64,000 nucleotides of DNA, from assembly GCA_037720315.1 (NCBI GenBank), contig JBBJMS010000001.1, positions 10,110 through 74,109 of the forward strand, written 5' to 3'. A program made the translations under genes and the position numbers. The notes below the pieces were generated by a model, which was not told the DNA's origin, made no database searches, and worked only from the letters and a program-made list of their open reading frames with translations. Positions 43,470 to 53,452 of the stretch are shown here, piece by piece (position 1 is the first letter of the stretch; the number at the start of each line of letters is the position of its first letter). This DNA comes from Variovorax sp. Its GTDB lineage: Bacteria > Pseudomonadota > Gammaproteobacteria > Burkholderiales > Burkholderiaceae_C.

Positions 43470-44552
43470 ATGAACGGTTTCGACAGCCGCGAACTCCGCA
43501 CAACACTCGGCGCATTCACCACCGGCGTGACTGTCGTGACCACTGTCGACGCCACGGGCAAGCGCCACGGCGTGACGGCTAATTCCTTCAGTTCGGTTTC
43601 GCTTGATCCGCCGCTGATCCTCTGGAGTCAGTCGTTGACCTCGAGAAGCTATCCGGCGTTCCGCGACGGTGAGCGCTTTGTGGTGAACATCATGGCGCAC
43701 GATCAGGTGAACGTGTCCAACCAGTTTGCGAAGTCGACCGACGACAAGTTTGCCGACATCGCGACCTCCGAAGGTCTTGGCGGCGTGCCTATCATCGAGG
43801 GGAGCGCGGCTCATCTGGAATGCGTCAAGGTTGCGGCGTGGCCCGGCGGCGACCACGTCGTGTATCTAGGCCGCGTGGAGAAGATTCATCGCGCGCCGCG
43901 CAAGGCGCTCGCGTTCGGAGAGGGCCGCTACATGGTCACCTTCGCGCACGAACTGGGCGGCGCCGTCGCCTCGGACGACGATAGCGGGTTTTCGGCAACC
44001 GTCGAACCGGTCCGCATGGTCAGTGCAGCGCTGCCGGAGGTCTGCGAACAGGTCGGACAGCACACAGTAGGATTGTCAGCCTGGGGCAATCAAGGCGCGA
44101 CCATCGTGCGTTGGGAACCCTCGAGTCGGCCAGTCAGCCGCCAATTGCAGACCGGGGTCGTGGTGAGTCTCACGCAGACCGCGACCGGGCTGGCCTTTGC
44201 GGCTTTCTTCAATGCCGATGCAGTACAGCCGAAACTTGATCGAGAACTAGATGCCCGGGATCGTACCGGTGGTCCCGAGAGCGCGGTCCTGACCGGCCAG
44301 CTTGCGGAGGCGCGTCTGCGAGGGATGGCGCGCACCATCGGCGCTGCGCCTTCCGAGCGGCATCAAGCCACGGTGAACGCGTTGAGCGCGCCGATCTTTA
44401 ACGCAATGGGCGACATGGTGCTTGCACTCACGGTTATGAACCGGGCCGATCTGCTCGATCCGGACTGGAACGGTTCTGTTGCCACAGCCCTGCGATCCGC
44501 GGCCAGGCGCCTGTCCTCCCAACTGGGCTTCAACGAATCAGTCGAAGCCTGA
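43470..44552 (+). CDS. Flavin reductase fused to an IclR-type effector-binding domain
   Basis: N-half FTTGVTVVT, ANSFSSVSLDPPL, GDH; C-half TATGLAF, VNALSAPIF, LRSAARRLSSQLG; no HTH. Confidence 0.85.
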   Translation: MNGFDSRELRTTLGAFTTGVTVVTTVDATGKRHGVTANSFSSVSLDPPLILWSQSLTSRSYPAFRDGERFVVNIMAHDQVNVSNQFAKSTDDKFADIATSEGLGGVPIIEGSAAHLECVKVAAWPGGDHVVYLGRVEKIHRAPRKALAFGEGRYMVTFAHELGGAVASDDDSGFSATVEPVRMVSAALPEVCEQVGQHTVGLSAWGNQGATIVRWEPSSRPVSRQLQTGVVVSLTQTATGLAFAAFFNADAVQPKLDRELDARDRTGGPESAVLTGQLAEARLRGMARTIGAAPSERHQATVNALSAPIFNAMGDMVLALTVMNRADLLDPDWNGSVATALRSAARRLSSQLGFNESVEA

Positions 44553-44574
44553 GAAATTCACAGCGACAATGAGC

Positions 44575-45528
44575 TCAGGACGGCTTGTAGCCATTCGCGG
44601 GCGAAAGCGGCCAGCTGCCTGCAAGTCTGGAGCGCAGGTATTCGCAGAAGCTTTTCACAGCTGGGGTTTGGTGTGTTTTGCGCGGCGATACCAAGGCGTA
44701 GTTTCGCCTCAGTGTAAGCCCGGCGATGCTGGCGATGCTTCCGCAATGCTGCTGTCGCAAAGCCGTCGAACGCGGCAGGAGTGCAATGCCCATGCCTGCC
44801 TCGAGCATGCCGAGCAGCGTCCCGAGATTGCCCACGATATGTGAACGCGGCGGCGCCAGGCCGCGCGCAGCCATGCTGGACACGATGGTTTCCAGCATCG
44901 GCTGGTATTGGTCGATGAGGATCAGTTCCGCCGAAGCGAGTTGGTCCAGGCCCGCCGTCGCGACGCCGAACAGACGGTGAATGGTCGGCATCACCAGCAC
45001 TATTTCATCGTTGCCAAAAGGTTCGACGAAAAAGCGTGAATCCTCGCCATCGAAGCCCATGACAGCGACATCCGCAGAACCCGATTCAAGCGCCACCACG
45101 ATGTCGGCTTGTCGCAGGTCGAGCAATTTGATCTCAATATCCTGGTTTCGATTGGCGTAGTCGCGCAGGATTGGGGACAAAAGGCCTGCGGCCATGAAAG
45201 GCGTGGATGCCACCACAACATGGCGTTGGCCGCAGCCCACGTCGGTGAGAAAACTGTCGACCAAGCCGCGCAAAGCGTCCAGCGCCTTGACTGATTCCTC
45301 CAGAAGGCGCGCACCTTCGGGCGTGGTCTTGACGCGGCGTGTCGTACGCACGAGTAGTTTTGTGCGCACCGCCTCCTCAAGCCGCTGAATGCGATTGGTG
45401 ACGGATGGTTGTCCGAGATGAAGGCGGGTCGCCGCCGCACTAAAGCTCCCTAGTTCAGCCACCGCGGCAAAAGTCTCGAGTTCGGCCAAGTCGATGCCAT
45501 GAAGGGACGTGCGCGTGGTAGGCGTCAT
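44575..45528 (-). CDS. LysR family regulator (paralog A)
   Basis: LETFAAVAELGSFSAAA..LHLGQPSVT. Confidence 0.92.
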   Translation of the reverse strand: MTPTTRTSLHGIDLAELETFAAVAELGSFSAAATRLHLGQPSVTNRIQRLEEAVRTKLLVRTTRRVKTTPEGARLLEESVKALDALRGLVDSFLTDVGCGQRHVVVASTPFMAAGLLSPILRDYANRNQDIEIKLLDLRQADIVVALESGSADVAVMGFDGEDSRFFVEPFGNDEIVLVMPTIHRLFGVATAGLDQLASAELILIDQYQPMLETIVSSMAARGLAPPRSHIVGNLGTLLGMLEAGMGIALLPRSTALRQQHCGSIASIAGLTLRRNYALVSPRKTHQTPAVKSFCEYLRSRLAGSWPLSPANGYKPS

Positions 45529-45540
45529 AAGAGCGAATTG

Positions 45541-45605
45541 ATCGACCATAACGATGACTCTATCAAATTTCGTAAATTGCCGGCGCAGGGTTTGTCTCGA
45601 AGAAT
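45541..45605 (+). promoter_or_regulatory. LysR-type promoter module P3
   Basis: ATCGACCATAACGAT-N6-ATCAAATTTCGTAAA-TTGCCG-N17-AAGAAT; directly divergent from LysR A. Confidence 0.75.
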
Positions 45606-45641
45606 GGACTCTTTGCAGCAATCCAAGCCGCGAGGAGACGA

Positions 45642-45936
45642 CGTGAAGATTCACCAACGAGGCTGCCACGGCGCGGCCGGCAGCGCCCTACCTGCACCGA
45701 ATACGAGGGAACGCCGGGAATTTGGCGGGGTCTGTTTCACACGGCCGGGGTGGCTGACCAACGATGTGGTCGAGCCGGACGGTCCGGGAGCCCTGCGGTG
45801 GGTCGGTGAGACCGGTTTCGTCGCTCCGATAACACGGCCGGATGGCCATGCGCCGCTTGCGACCGGAATTGGACTATTTGGACAAGTGCGTTCGATGGCG
45901 CCCGCTGATCAAGCCTGCAACATCAGGGCCGAATAA
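45642..45936 (+). pseudogene. Internally deleted Bug/TctC-like gene remnant
   Basis: SD GAGGAG + GTG after P3; 3' end reads RWRPLIK / NIRAE* in two frames, like a Bug C-terminus. Confidence 0.4.
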
Positions 45937-46827
45937 GTGAACAAGGCCATGCGAATCCTCGATACGCACCACCATCTTTGGGATCTTTCGGAGAACTCGT
46001 ACCCGTGGTTGACCCGAGGCAATGAACCGAAGCCCTACGGCGACTACACCGCGATCCGCAAAAACTACCTGATTGAAGACTACCTGCGAGACGTGGACCA
46101 ATCGCCTGTGATTCGATCCGTGCATCTCGGTGCAGGCAACGACTTCCTGGCGGAAGCAACCTGGCTGCAGGCTATTGCCGACGACTCGGCCCGATCGAGA
46201 GGGTTTCCTCACGGCATCGTTCCAAAGTCGAACTTTCTAAGCACGGAGCTGGAGCGTCACTTGGAGACCATGTGTCAGCACCGCAACATGCGCGGCGTGC
46301 GCCAGATCCCCAGCGGAGCCGTTACCGCGGGCCACCCGGACATAATGAGCGCGCCGAATTGGCAACACGGCGTCGCCCTGCTTAAGAAATTCGGCTTGTC
46401 ACTCGACCTGCAAGTGCATCCGGTGCAACTCGAGCTGCTTCTGCCCGCACTCAAGGCCAATCCAGACACCGAACTGATCATCGACCATTGCGGCATGATC
46501 AACTACAAGGATCCGTCCCTTTTGGAAGTCTGGCGCCGCGGCATACGTGCCCTGGCGCCGTGCCCGAACGTGAGGATGAAGATCTCGGCATTCATGATCT
46601 ACGACCTGGCTTTCACGGCTCGGACGATCACGCCCTTCGTGCACGAAATGGTTGAGGTGTTCGGTGTCGAGCGTTGCTTCTTTGGCAGCAATTACCCGGT
46701 CGACAGGCTGTCCTGTTCGTTCCCTTCGCTGTGGGAAAAGTACGCCGCTGCAGTCGCCACTTTCACACCGGACGAACAAGACATTCTGTTTTACCGCAAT
46801 GCGGCCACCACCTACCGCATCGCATAG
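45937..46827 (+). CDS. Amidohydrolase_2 family protein (lactonase-like)
   Basis: DTHHHLWD, RGVRQ, IIDHCG, MKIS, FGSNYPVD. Confidence 0.88.
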   Translation: MNKAMRILDTHHHLWDLSENSYPWLTRGNEPKPYGDYTAIRKNYLIEDYLRDVDQSPVIRSVHLGAGNDFLAEATWLQAIADDSARSRGFPHGIVPKSNFLSTELERHLETMCQHRNMRGVRQIPSGAVTAGHPDIMSAPNWQHGVALLKKFGLSLDLQVHPVQLELLLPALKANPDTELIIDHCGMINYKDPSLLEVWRRGIRALAPCPNVRMKISAFMIYDLAFTARTITPFVHEMVEVFGVERCFFGSNYPVDRLSCSFPSLWEKYAAAVATFTPDEQDILFYRNAATTYRIA

Positions 46828-46859
46828 CTTCCGAGTTCGCTCGTCGTTTGCGGGCATTG

Positions 46860-46924
46860 ATCGTTCATGGCAATAGCACCATCGACGTACGCAAATTGAT
46901 CGGCGTGGCAAGGTCCTCAAGAAT
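46860..46924 (+). promoter_or_regulatory. LysR-type promoter module P4 (Bug)
   Basis: ATCGTTCATGGCAAT-N6-ATCGACGTACGCAAA-TTGATC-N17-AAGAAT. Confidence 0.7.
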
Positions 46925-46955
46925 CGAGAAACCTTAAATCGATCTGGAGACAAAC

Positions 46956-47906
46956 ATGCGACGTTTTCTATTGGCGGGTGTAGCCCTCGCCCTATTTACG
47001 ACCGGCACCTTGGCGCAGGAGCCCTGGAAACCCACCAAGCCCATCAAGATCGTCGTGCCCTTTGCCCCGGGCGGCGGAGCCGACACGTCGGCACGCCTGG
47101 TATCGAAGGGGCTCAGCGAACGCTTGGGGCAGCCTGTCATTGTCGAAAATAAACCCGGCGCAAGCGGCGCAATAGGATCTGACTTCGTATACGGCGCAAC
47201 ACCGGATGGCACCGTTCTGCTGGCGGCTACAAGCGATGCGCAAGCCGTCAATCCGCATCTGCACAAGACAAAGTCCGAAACGATGAAGTTCGTACCGCTT
47301 GCAGGCATCACGTCTTCAAGCTTCGTGCTCATGGGTCGCAAGGATCTTGCGGCGGCAGATCTTCGCGAGTTGCTCGAACTAACAAAGACCAAATCGCTGA
47401 GTTATGCGAGTGCCGGCAGCGGAACCGCGATCCATGTGGTGACCGCAGCTTTCGCGTCGGTCGCAAAAATCGGCAACATGCTCCACGTACCGTTCCAGGG
47501 CGGCGGCCCGGCCATCCAGGCGGTACTTGCCGGCGATGTCGACCTAATGATGGTCCCGGGCTCCATCGCCGGAGCGTACCTAGCGAGACTGAAGGTTTAC
47601 GGCTCCACCGGCACCAAACGAAACGAATTCATGGCCGCCGTTCCCACCTTGACAGAACAGGGTATGGCGCTGGTTGCCGATTCATGGACAGGCCTGGTCG
47701 CGCCGCCCGACACTCCGCCACTGATAGCCTCCGCACTGGCGAAGGCTGTGTTCGAAACCGTCAATGAGCCCGCCATGCAGAAGCTGTTCAAGGATCAGAG
47801 CAGGGAATCCTTTCGGCTTGATCAGGTACAGTTCGCGAAGTACTACAACGAGGAATTCGTTACCTGGGGCCGACTGATCAAGTCAGCCAACGTAAAGACA
47901 GACTGA
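46956..47906 (+). CDS. Tripartite tricarboxylate transporter receptor (Bug/TctC)
   Basis: VVPFAPGGGAD..AR, LGQPVIVENKPGA, HVPFQGG. Confidence 0.93.
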   Translation: MRRFLLAGVALALFTTGTLAQEPWKPTKPIKIVVPFAPGGGADTSARLVSKGLSERLGQPVIVENKPGASGAIGSDFVYGATPDGTVLLAATSDAQAVNPHLHKTKSETMKFVPLAGITSSSFVLMGRKDLAAADLRELLELTKTKSLSYASAGSGTAIHVVTAAFASVAKIGNMLHVPFQGGGPAIQAVLAGDVDLMMVPGSIAGAYLARLKVYGSTGTKRNEFMAAVPTLTEQGMALVADSWTGLVAPPDTPPLIASALAKAVFETVNEPAMQKLFKDQSRESFRLDQVQFAKYYNEEFVTWGRLIKSANVKTD

Positions 47907-47920
47907 ACTTCGCCAACGTT

Positions 47921-47961
47921 AAAGCCGCCCGGCACACAGAATGTGCGGGCGGCTTCTTTTT
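47921..47961. terminator. Terminator between converging genes
   Basis: GCCGCCC..GCACA/TGTGC..GGGCGGC stem followed by TTCTTTTT. Confidence 0.7.
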
Positions 47962-47973
47962 GGGGCTGTTGAG

Positions 47974-49155
47974 TTAGACCACGGATTTGAAAGGCTGGCG
48001 CAGGCCACGTTCTTCAAGTTGCGGCAACACTTCTTTCTGAAGCCGCGCGATTCCGTCCGCAAAGTCGACGTAGCCGATCAACAACCCGTCCACACCGCAC
48101 TCGGAGATCGCTGTCAGTTCGTCGGCAACTTTGTCTCCGTCGCCCATGACGATCGTGCCTCCGGCGCCGACGCCGGCACGCAGCCGCCGTGCATCCATAT
48201 CGGGGCGGGAGAGTGCCTTGCTATTGGCGGTCTGCTGGGTGATCCACGCATCGATGGACGCGTTATCTGCGTTTTCGACCGCGAAGTGTTTCATGTAGGC
48301 CTCGGCTTCCGCATTGGTGTCACGCTGGATGATGTTGGCCATGATCCAGATCTTGACGTCGCGTCCGAACTTCTCGCGTGCGAGGGTCTTGTAGGAATCA
48401 ACATGGGCGCGACGCTCTACGGGGTCGGTGGAGGCGAGCTGCACGAAACACATGTCGGCCGTCTTCAACGCGAAATCGCGTCCGGTGCCGGAGCTGCCGG
48501 CGTTCATGATCGGCGGGTTCGGACGCTGGATCGGCTTGGGCCGCGAGCCTCCGCGAATGATCTTGAAGTACTCGCCGTCAAAGTCGAACTCTTCGTCTTC
48601 TGTCCAGAGTTTCTTGATGACCTCGAGCCATTCGGCCAGATGCTCATATCGCTGCTCATGTTCTTTGAGTGGTGCGCCGAACATCTCCAACTCGGGCCGG
48701 TTCCAACCAGCAACCACGTTCAGCCCGAAACGGCCTCCTGAAATGATGTCGATGGTGGCGCTCATCTTGGCCGCGGTGATCGGATGGATGGTCGGCGCAT
48801 GCGAGGTGGCGAAGACGGCCGAATATTTGGTTGCCTGGGCCACGCCCGCCGCCCAAGTGAAAGGGTCAAGCACGATCCCGGAAGGATGATCGAGCTTGCC
48901 AAGTTCGTGGCCCTTCCAGCGCGAGTACGCGACGATCGCCTCGAGGCCGGCGGCGTCTGCCATCTGCGATGCCTTAATGATTGTCGGCCACTCCGGTTTG
49001 TGCGCTTCAGGTACCAGCGTGTTGGCCGTGCCTTTGCCGTTGAGCCCGAAAACGCCAAGCTTGAGTTTGTTCGGCCCAAAAATCGGGTTCGTGCTGGCTC
49101 GACTGTCGGAGCCGTTGGCACCGGGAGCGGGTGTTCGGGTAAGCGTTTCAGCCAT
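47974..49155 (-). CDS. Luciferase-like (LLM) flavin-dependent monooxygenase
   Basis: AAKMSATIDIISGGRFGLNVVAGW..E, FDFDGEYF, PKP, NAGSSGTG. Confidence 0.9.
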   Translation of the reverse strand: MAETLTRTPAPGANGSDSRASTNPIFGPNKLKLGVFGLNGKGTANTLVPEAHKPEWPTIIKASQMADAAGLEAIVAYSRWKGHELGKLDHPSGIVLDPFTWAAGVAQATKYSAVFATSHAPTIHPITAAKMSATIDIISGGRFGLNVVAGWNRPELEMFGAPLKEHEQRYEHLAEWLEVIKKLWTEDEEFDFDGEYFKIIRGGSRPKPIQRPNPPIMNAGSSGTGRDFALKTADMCFVQLASTDPVERRAHVDSYKTLAREKFGRDVKIWIMANIIQRDTNAEAEAYMKHFAVENADNASIDAWITQQTANSKALSRPDMDARRLRAGVGAGGTIVMGDGDKVADELTAISECGVDGLLIGYVDFADGIARLQKEVLPQLEERGLRQPFKSVV

Positions 49156-49168
49156 GGTCTGTTTCTCC

Positions 49169-49915
49169 CTATGGGATACGGGTCGGATGAATGTCTCGGT
49201 CTGCCATGAAGGTGACGAAGGTCGAGAGGTCTTCGCGTTCTGTCAGGAGCGCGTTGGTGGGCTCGTCGGGATCGGCCCATCCCAGGGCCAAGCCACAAAG
49301 CACGAGTTCGGTAGCCGGCAGTTTCAGATGCTCACGCACGACGGCGGGGTAACCCGCAATGGAAACCTGCGGGCAAGTGTCGAGTCCACGGCCGCGTGCG
49401 GCGACCATGAGGTTCTGAAGGAACATGCCGGTGTCGAGCCAACCGCCCTTGCCCAGCGTGGGATCAAGGGTAAACACCATGCCAACCGGTGCACCGAAAA
49501 AACTGAAGTTGCGGGCCCGCTGCTGGTGAGCGGCCTCACGATCACCGCGCGCGACACCCGCGAGTTGATAGAGCCCCCAGCCGGCCTTGCGCCTGCGGTC
49601 CAGGTACGGCGAGCGCCATTCGCGAGGGTAGTAGTCGTATTCGGGCGTGGTGGGCACGCCTGCGTCGTGCTGGGCCGTAAGTGCGTCCGTGAGTGCAGTC
49701 AACGCGTCGCCCGAGAGAACGTATGCCCGCCAAGGCTGGATGTTGCTGCCGCTCGGCGCGCGGCTGGCGACACGCAGCAGGTGTTCGACCGTTTCGCGAG
49801 GAACTGTTTGCGACAGAAAGCCGCGCACGCTGCGTCTCGAGAGAATCGCGTGGTCGACGATCTCTGCGGCCGCCAGATCCGCTGGCGCTGCGGAGCCTGC
49901 GGTCGTGCTGTTCAC
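49169..49915 (-). CDS. Nitroreductase family protein
   Basis: RRSVRGF, APSGSNIQPW, FFGAP, GLDTCPQ. Confidence 0.9.
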   Translation of the reverse strand: MNSTTAGSAAPADLAAAEIVDHAILSRRSVRGFLSQTVPRETVEHLLRVASRAPSGSNIQPWRAYVLSGDALTALTDALTAQHDAGVPTTPEYDYYPREWRSPYLDRRRKAGWGLYQLAGVARGDREAAHQQRARNFSFFGAPVGMVFTLDPTLGKGGWLDTGMFLQNLMVAARGRGLDTCPQVSIAGYPAVVREHLKLPATELVLCGLALGWADPDEPTNALLTEREDLSTFVTFMADRDIHPTRIP

Positions 49916-51099
49916 GACACTGCGCCCTCTTTGCGCAGTTGTTCTACTTCGGCAGCGGCGAAACCAAAGTCATGAAGCACCTCATCAGTGTGTTCGCCCA
50001 GAGTAGGTGCTCGCGTCGTTGCGTTCGAGCCGGCGCCCATATGCACGGCAGTCGTCATGGTGCGGTATTTGCCAACGAACGGATGCTCGTGCTCCACCAC
50101 CAGTTCTTCTGCCAGCACCTGAGGATGGTCGAACATGTCCTCGATCCCGCGTATGGCGATCGAAGGCACCTTGCCGACCATCAGGGCCTCCCATTCCAGA
50201 GCCGGCTTCGCCAGCAAGGCCTGCTTGAGCCGCGGCATGATCTCGTCGGCATGCGCGTAGCGCTTCTTCAGGGTATCGAAACGTGGATCGACTGCCATCT
50301 CGGGCAGGCCGAGGATGGTGCACAACTGCTGCCAGAAGGCCGGCGTACTGGCCTGGAAATAGAGATAGCCCTCACGGGTCGGGAAGGCGCCGGTGACGCG
50401 ACCGGCCGTGACCTCGCGGGGAGTATCGTGGGGCTCGTCGTCGGCCGCAATGAAGCGGCCCGCTTGCAGCGCCAGGGAAGATCGCAGCAGGGAAACCTCG
50501 ACGTGCTGGCCTTCACCGGTGCGAAGGCGATGGACCAGGGCAGAGGTGACGCCGAAGGCCAGCAGGGATGAGCTGAAGAAATCAACGATCGATCCGCGCA
50601 ACACCTGTGGTGAGCCCAGAGCTTCTCCCTGCGATTTGGCCAAGCCCGTAAAGCACTGCAGCATCTGATCGTAGCCAGGGTGCCGGCGCAGCGGGCCGCG
50701 CTGACCGTAGCCGGTCAACGAGCAGTAGATCAGGTTGGGCCGCAGTTCTTTGAGCGTGTCGTAGTTGATGCCGAGCGACTCCGGCACGTCGGGGCGAAAA
50801 TTGTGGACCAGCACATCGGCCTGCTGGACCAGGCGGTACAACGATTGAAGCCCGGCGGGGGTCTTTAGATCGATGACGATCGACCGCTTGTTGCGGTTGG
50901 CGCCGAGAAAGGCGCGATTCTCGCCGGGCAGCGTCGATGGGTACTGCCGCATCATGTCGCCGCCCGGCGCCTCGATCTTGATGATCGTCGCGCCCACGTC
51001 GCCGAGCAGCGCGCAGCCATAGGGGCCGGCCAGGTAACTGGTGAGATCCAGCACGGTGATGTTGTCCAGGGCTGAAGGCATCGGGTTCTCCGAGTTCAC
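49912..51099 (-). CDS. CaiB/BaiF family (class III) CoA transferase (start may be 51081)
   Basis: VLDLTSYLAGP, NRNKRSI, HNFRP, GYDQ. Confidence 0.92.
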   Translation of the reverse strand: MNSENPMPSALDNITVLDLTSYLAGPYGCALLGDVGATIIKIEAPGGDMMRQYPSTLPGENRAFLGANRNKRSIVIDLKTPAGLQSLYRLVQQADVLVHNFRPDVPESLGINYDTLKELRPNLIYCSLTGYGQRGPLRRHPGYDQMLQCFTGLAKSQGEALGSPQVLRGSIVDFFSSSLLAFGVTSALVHRLRTGEGQHVEVSLLRSSLALQAGRFIAADDEPHDTPREVTAGRVTGAFPTREGYLYFQASTPAFWQQLCTILGLPEMAVDPRFDTLKKRYAHADEIMPRLKQALLAKPALEWEALMVGKVPSIAIRGIEDMFDHPQVLAEELVVEHEHPFVGKYRTMTTAVHMGAGSNATTRAPTLGEHTDEVLHDFGFAAAEVEQLRKEGAVS

Positions 51100-51112
51100 T
51101 AAAAAAAGGGTT

Positions 51113-51993
51113 TCAGTCGAAGGCGAGACGAAACTCGATCACTTCACGCGCTCGAACCACAATCGGGTCGTCGATCATTCGGCCATCGAGAAGGAAGGCA
51201 CCTTCACCGGCGGCGGTCTTCTCTGCCGCCGCTTGGACCACCCGCTTCGCCCATGCGATCTCCTCTTCGTCGGGCGATAGACGTCGCGAATCACTTCAAT
51301 CGGACTTGGATGAATGGCCGACTTTCCGCCGTAGCCAAGACGCTTGCCGCGGATGGCGCTCTCACGAAGACCTTCCATGTCCGCCACGTTGACAAAGACT
51401 GAATCGCGCGGTCGACGCAGTCCAGCAGCACGCGAAACGATTGGAACCATGGCGCGTGGCAGCGCGCTCTCGGTTTCCCCGCGCGACCATTCCACGCCGA
51501 TGTCGGTGGTGAAGTCACCCATCCCGAACGAGAGACGCATTGGCCGCTTAAAGCCGACTCGAGAAATCTCCACCAGATTGACTACGCCGAGCGCTGTCTC
51601 AATAGTGGCGCTGAGCTCTATGGAGTCGGGCCGTAGAGCAGCCGCTCGCTCCGCCTTCGACAGGGCGGATTCGACGTCCCGAAGCGCGGCTGCTGATTCG
51701 ATCTTGGGCGCCACGATGCCGGAAAGTGCCGGGCCGACAACAGCCGCAAGGTCCTCTGCGCCGCAACCTGTTCCAAAGCTCTTTGAAACCACAAGCGGGT
51801 TGATGCGGACGAAACAAACTTTTGGAAGCTGACCGATCAGCTCGAGGGCGCCTTCGCGTGCGGCTGTCTTCTCTGAGCCGGGAACTGCGTCCTCCAAATC
51901 GATCAGGATCGCATCGAGTCCAAGGGTGATCGCTTTTTCGCGCATTCGGCGCATGTGGCCGGGGATGAACAAGGGGGCAATAGGCGTCTTCAT
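51113..51993 (-). CDS. CitE/malyl-CoA lyase-like CoA-ester lyase; apparent -1 frameshift near 51268
   Basis: LFIPG, DLEDAV, VRIN, IET, GKSAIHP; EEIAWAKRV...LDGRMIDDP in the shifted frame to TGA at 51113. Confidence 0.85.
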
Positions 51994-52331
51994 GACAGAT
52001 TCTTATGTGTGGTGGCGACGGCGGGACTAACCCGTCCGGCAAGTCGCGCTGCATTGCGATAGGAAAGCCGGTCCCGCTCGTCCTCCAAACAGTCAGAGAC
52101 GGCTGCCTGGAGCTCGAGCCAAGTCGCCCCCCTCAAAGGATCCATGCCGGCGCCGCAAGGAACAGAATGAACCACTGCCGAGTTATGGACATGGAGGGTA
52201 AAGTCGTCGAGCAGGTAGTCGCAACGAATCTCCGCATAGTCCCCCGGTTTCGGTTCAACTTTGTCCGTCAACCAGGGGTAGTAGTGCTTGGGAAGGTCCC
52301 ATAGATCGTGATGGCTGTCGAAAATGCGCAT
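51990..52331 (-). pseudogene. Internally deleted amidohydrolase, paralog of 45937..46827
   Basis: N-terminus MRIFDSHHDLWDL..YPWLT joined to a C-terminus-like DERDRLSYRNAA; only 113 aa. Confidence 0.75.
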
Positions 52332-52364
52332 GGTGGTCTTGCGAGCATCGAAGATGTGAGCCCT

Positions 52365-52429
52365 ATTGTTAGAGTGACACCCCAGCCCTGCAATTTGTGA
52401 ACACTGATCGATCTATCGGCAACGTCGAT
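52365..52429 (-). promoter_or_regulatory. LysR-type promoter module P5 (main catabolic operon)
   Basis: ATCGACGTTGCCGAT-N6-ATCAGTGTTCACAAA-TTGCAG-N17-AACAAT. Confidence 0.75.
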
Positions 52430-52465
52430 GAGTGAGCTGCGCTGCATGCGCCAAACGGGTCGTCC

Positions 52466-53407
52466 CTAGCCGGTTGTTGGTCGCAACGGCCATTTACCCA
52501 CCAGCGACTCGCGCAAGAACTGGCAAAAGCTTTGAACCGCCGTCCCCGGCTCTGCCTTGCGTGGGAAAAGCAGGGCATAGTTTCGCCGCAGATTCAGCGT
52601 ATCGATGACGGCGATACTGTCACCCTTTGGCTGTCGGCGGAGGCCACTCGCGCGCGCCATCAGGGCCATGCCCATGCCGGCATCGAGCATGCCGATCAAT
52701 GTGCTGATATTGCTCACCGAAGCAAAGTGAGGCAACCGCAGGTGCCTCTCACGCATGGCCGCGATGATGGCCTCGTAGATGGGGTGGTACTGATCAATCA
52801 TGATCAGATCCTCGCCTTCGAGTTGTTCAAGACCGACGTATGCGGCTCCGTTGAGGGCGTGAGTTGGCGGGATCACGAGCACCACTTCGTCACTGCCCAA
52901 TGGTTCGGTGCGAAAGCGACCGTTGCTGTCGTCCGACACGATGGCGACGTCTGCAGCGCCGGACTCAAGGGCTTCCAGCACGTCTGCGTATCGCAGGTCC
53001 AAGAGCTGTAGCTCCACATCAGTGAAGCGTACGGCGTAGTCGCGTATCAAAGGCGGCAGCACGGTCGCGGCCAAAATGGGCGTCGAGGCAACGACCACAC
53101 GTTGGCGCGCTTGGCTGGCGTTGTCCAGAAGGCTTTTAACGACAGTGCGTAGCCCTCCCAATGCGCCGTTTGCGTTGAGGAGCAGGCGTGCGCCGTCCGG
53201 CGTTGGCACGACGTTTCGCGTGTTTCGAATTAAAAGAGGCGTACCGAGTGCCGCTTCGAGGCGCTTCACGCGGCTGGTGACCGAGGGCTGACCCACGTGC
53301 AAACGCGTGGCCGCGGCGCTGAAGCTTCCCAACTCGGCAACGGCGATAAAAGTCTCTAATTCAGCCAGATCGATCGCGATACTGGATTTCCGGGGAGATG
53401 GCGGCAT
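52466..53407 (-). CDS. LysR family regulator (paralog B)
   Basis: IDLAELETFIAVAELGSFSAAATRLHVGQPSVT, nearly the same HTH as paralog A. Confidence 0.92.
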   Translation of the reverse strand: MPPSPRKSSIAIDLAELETFIAVAELGSFSAAATRLHVGQPSVTSRVKRLEAALGTPLLIRNTRNVVPTPDGARLLLNANGALGGLRTVVKSLLDNASQARQRVVVASTPILAATVLPPLIRDYAVRFTDVELQLLDLRYADVLEALESGAADVAIVSDDSNGRFRTEPLGSDEVVLVIPPTHALNGAAYVGLEQLEGEDLIMIDQYHPIYEAIIAAMRERHLRLPHFASVSNISTLIGMLDAGMGMALMARASGLRRQPKGDSIAVIDTLNLRRNYALLFPRKAEPGTAVQSFCQFLRESLVGKWPLRPTTG

Positions 53408-53452
53408 GGCGGTTACCTGGGGGACGATGAGCGAACTTCACGGTCTGACGTT

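Noticed and set aside
45642-45665. IS481-like end (GTGAAGATTCA)
   Set aside because: Better explained as the SD-preceded start of the decayed gene after promoter P3; no transposase follows.
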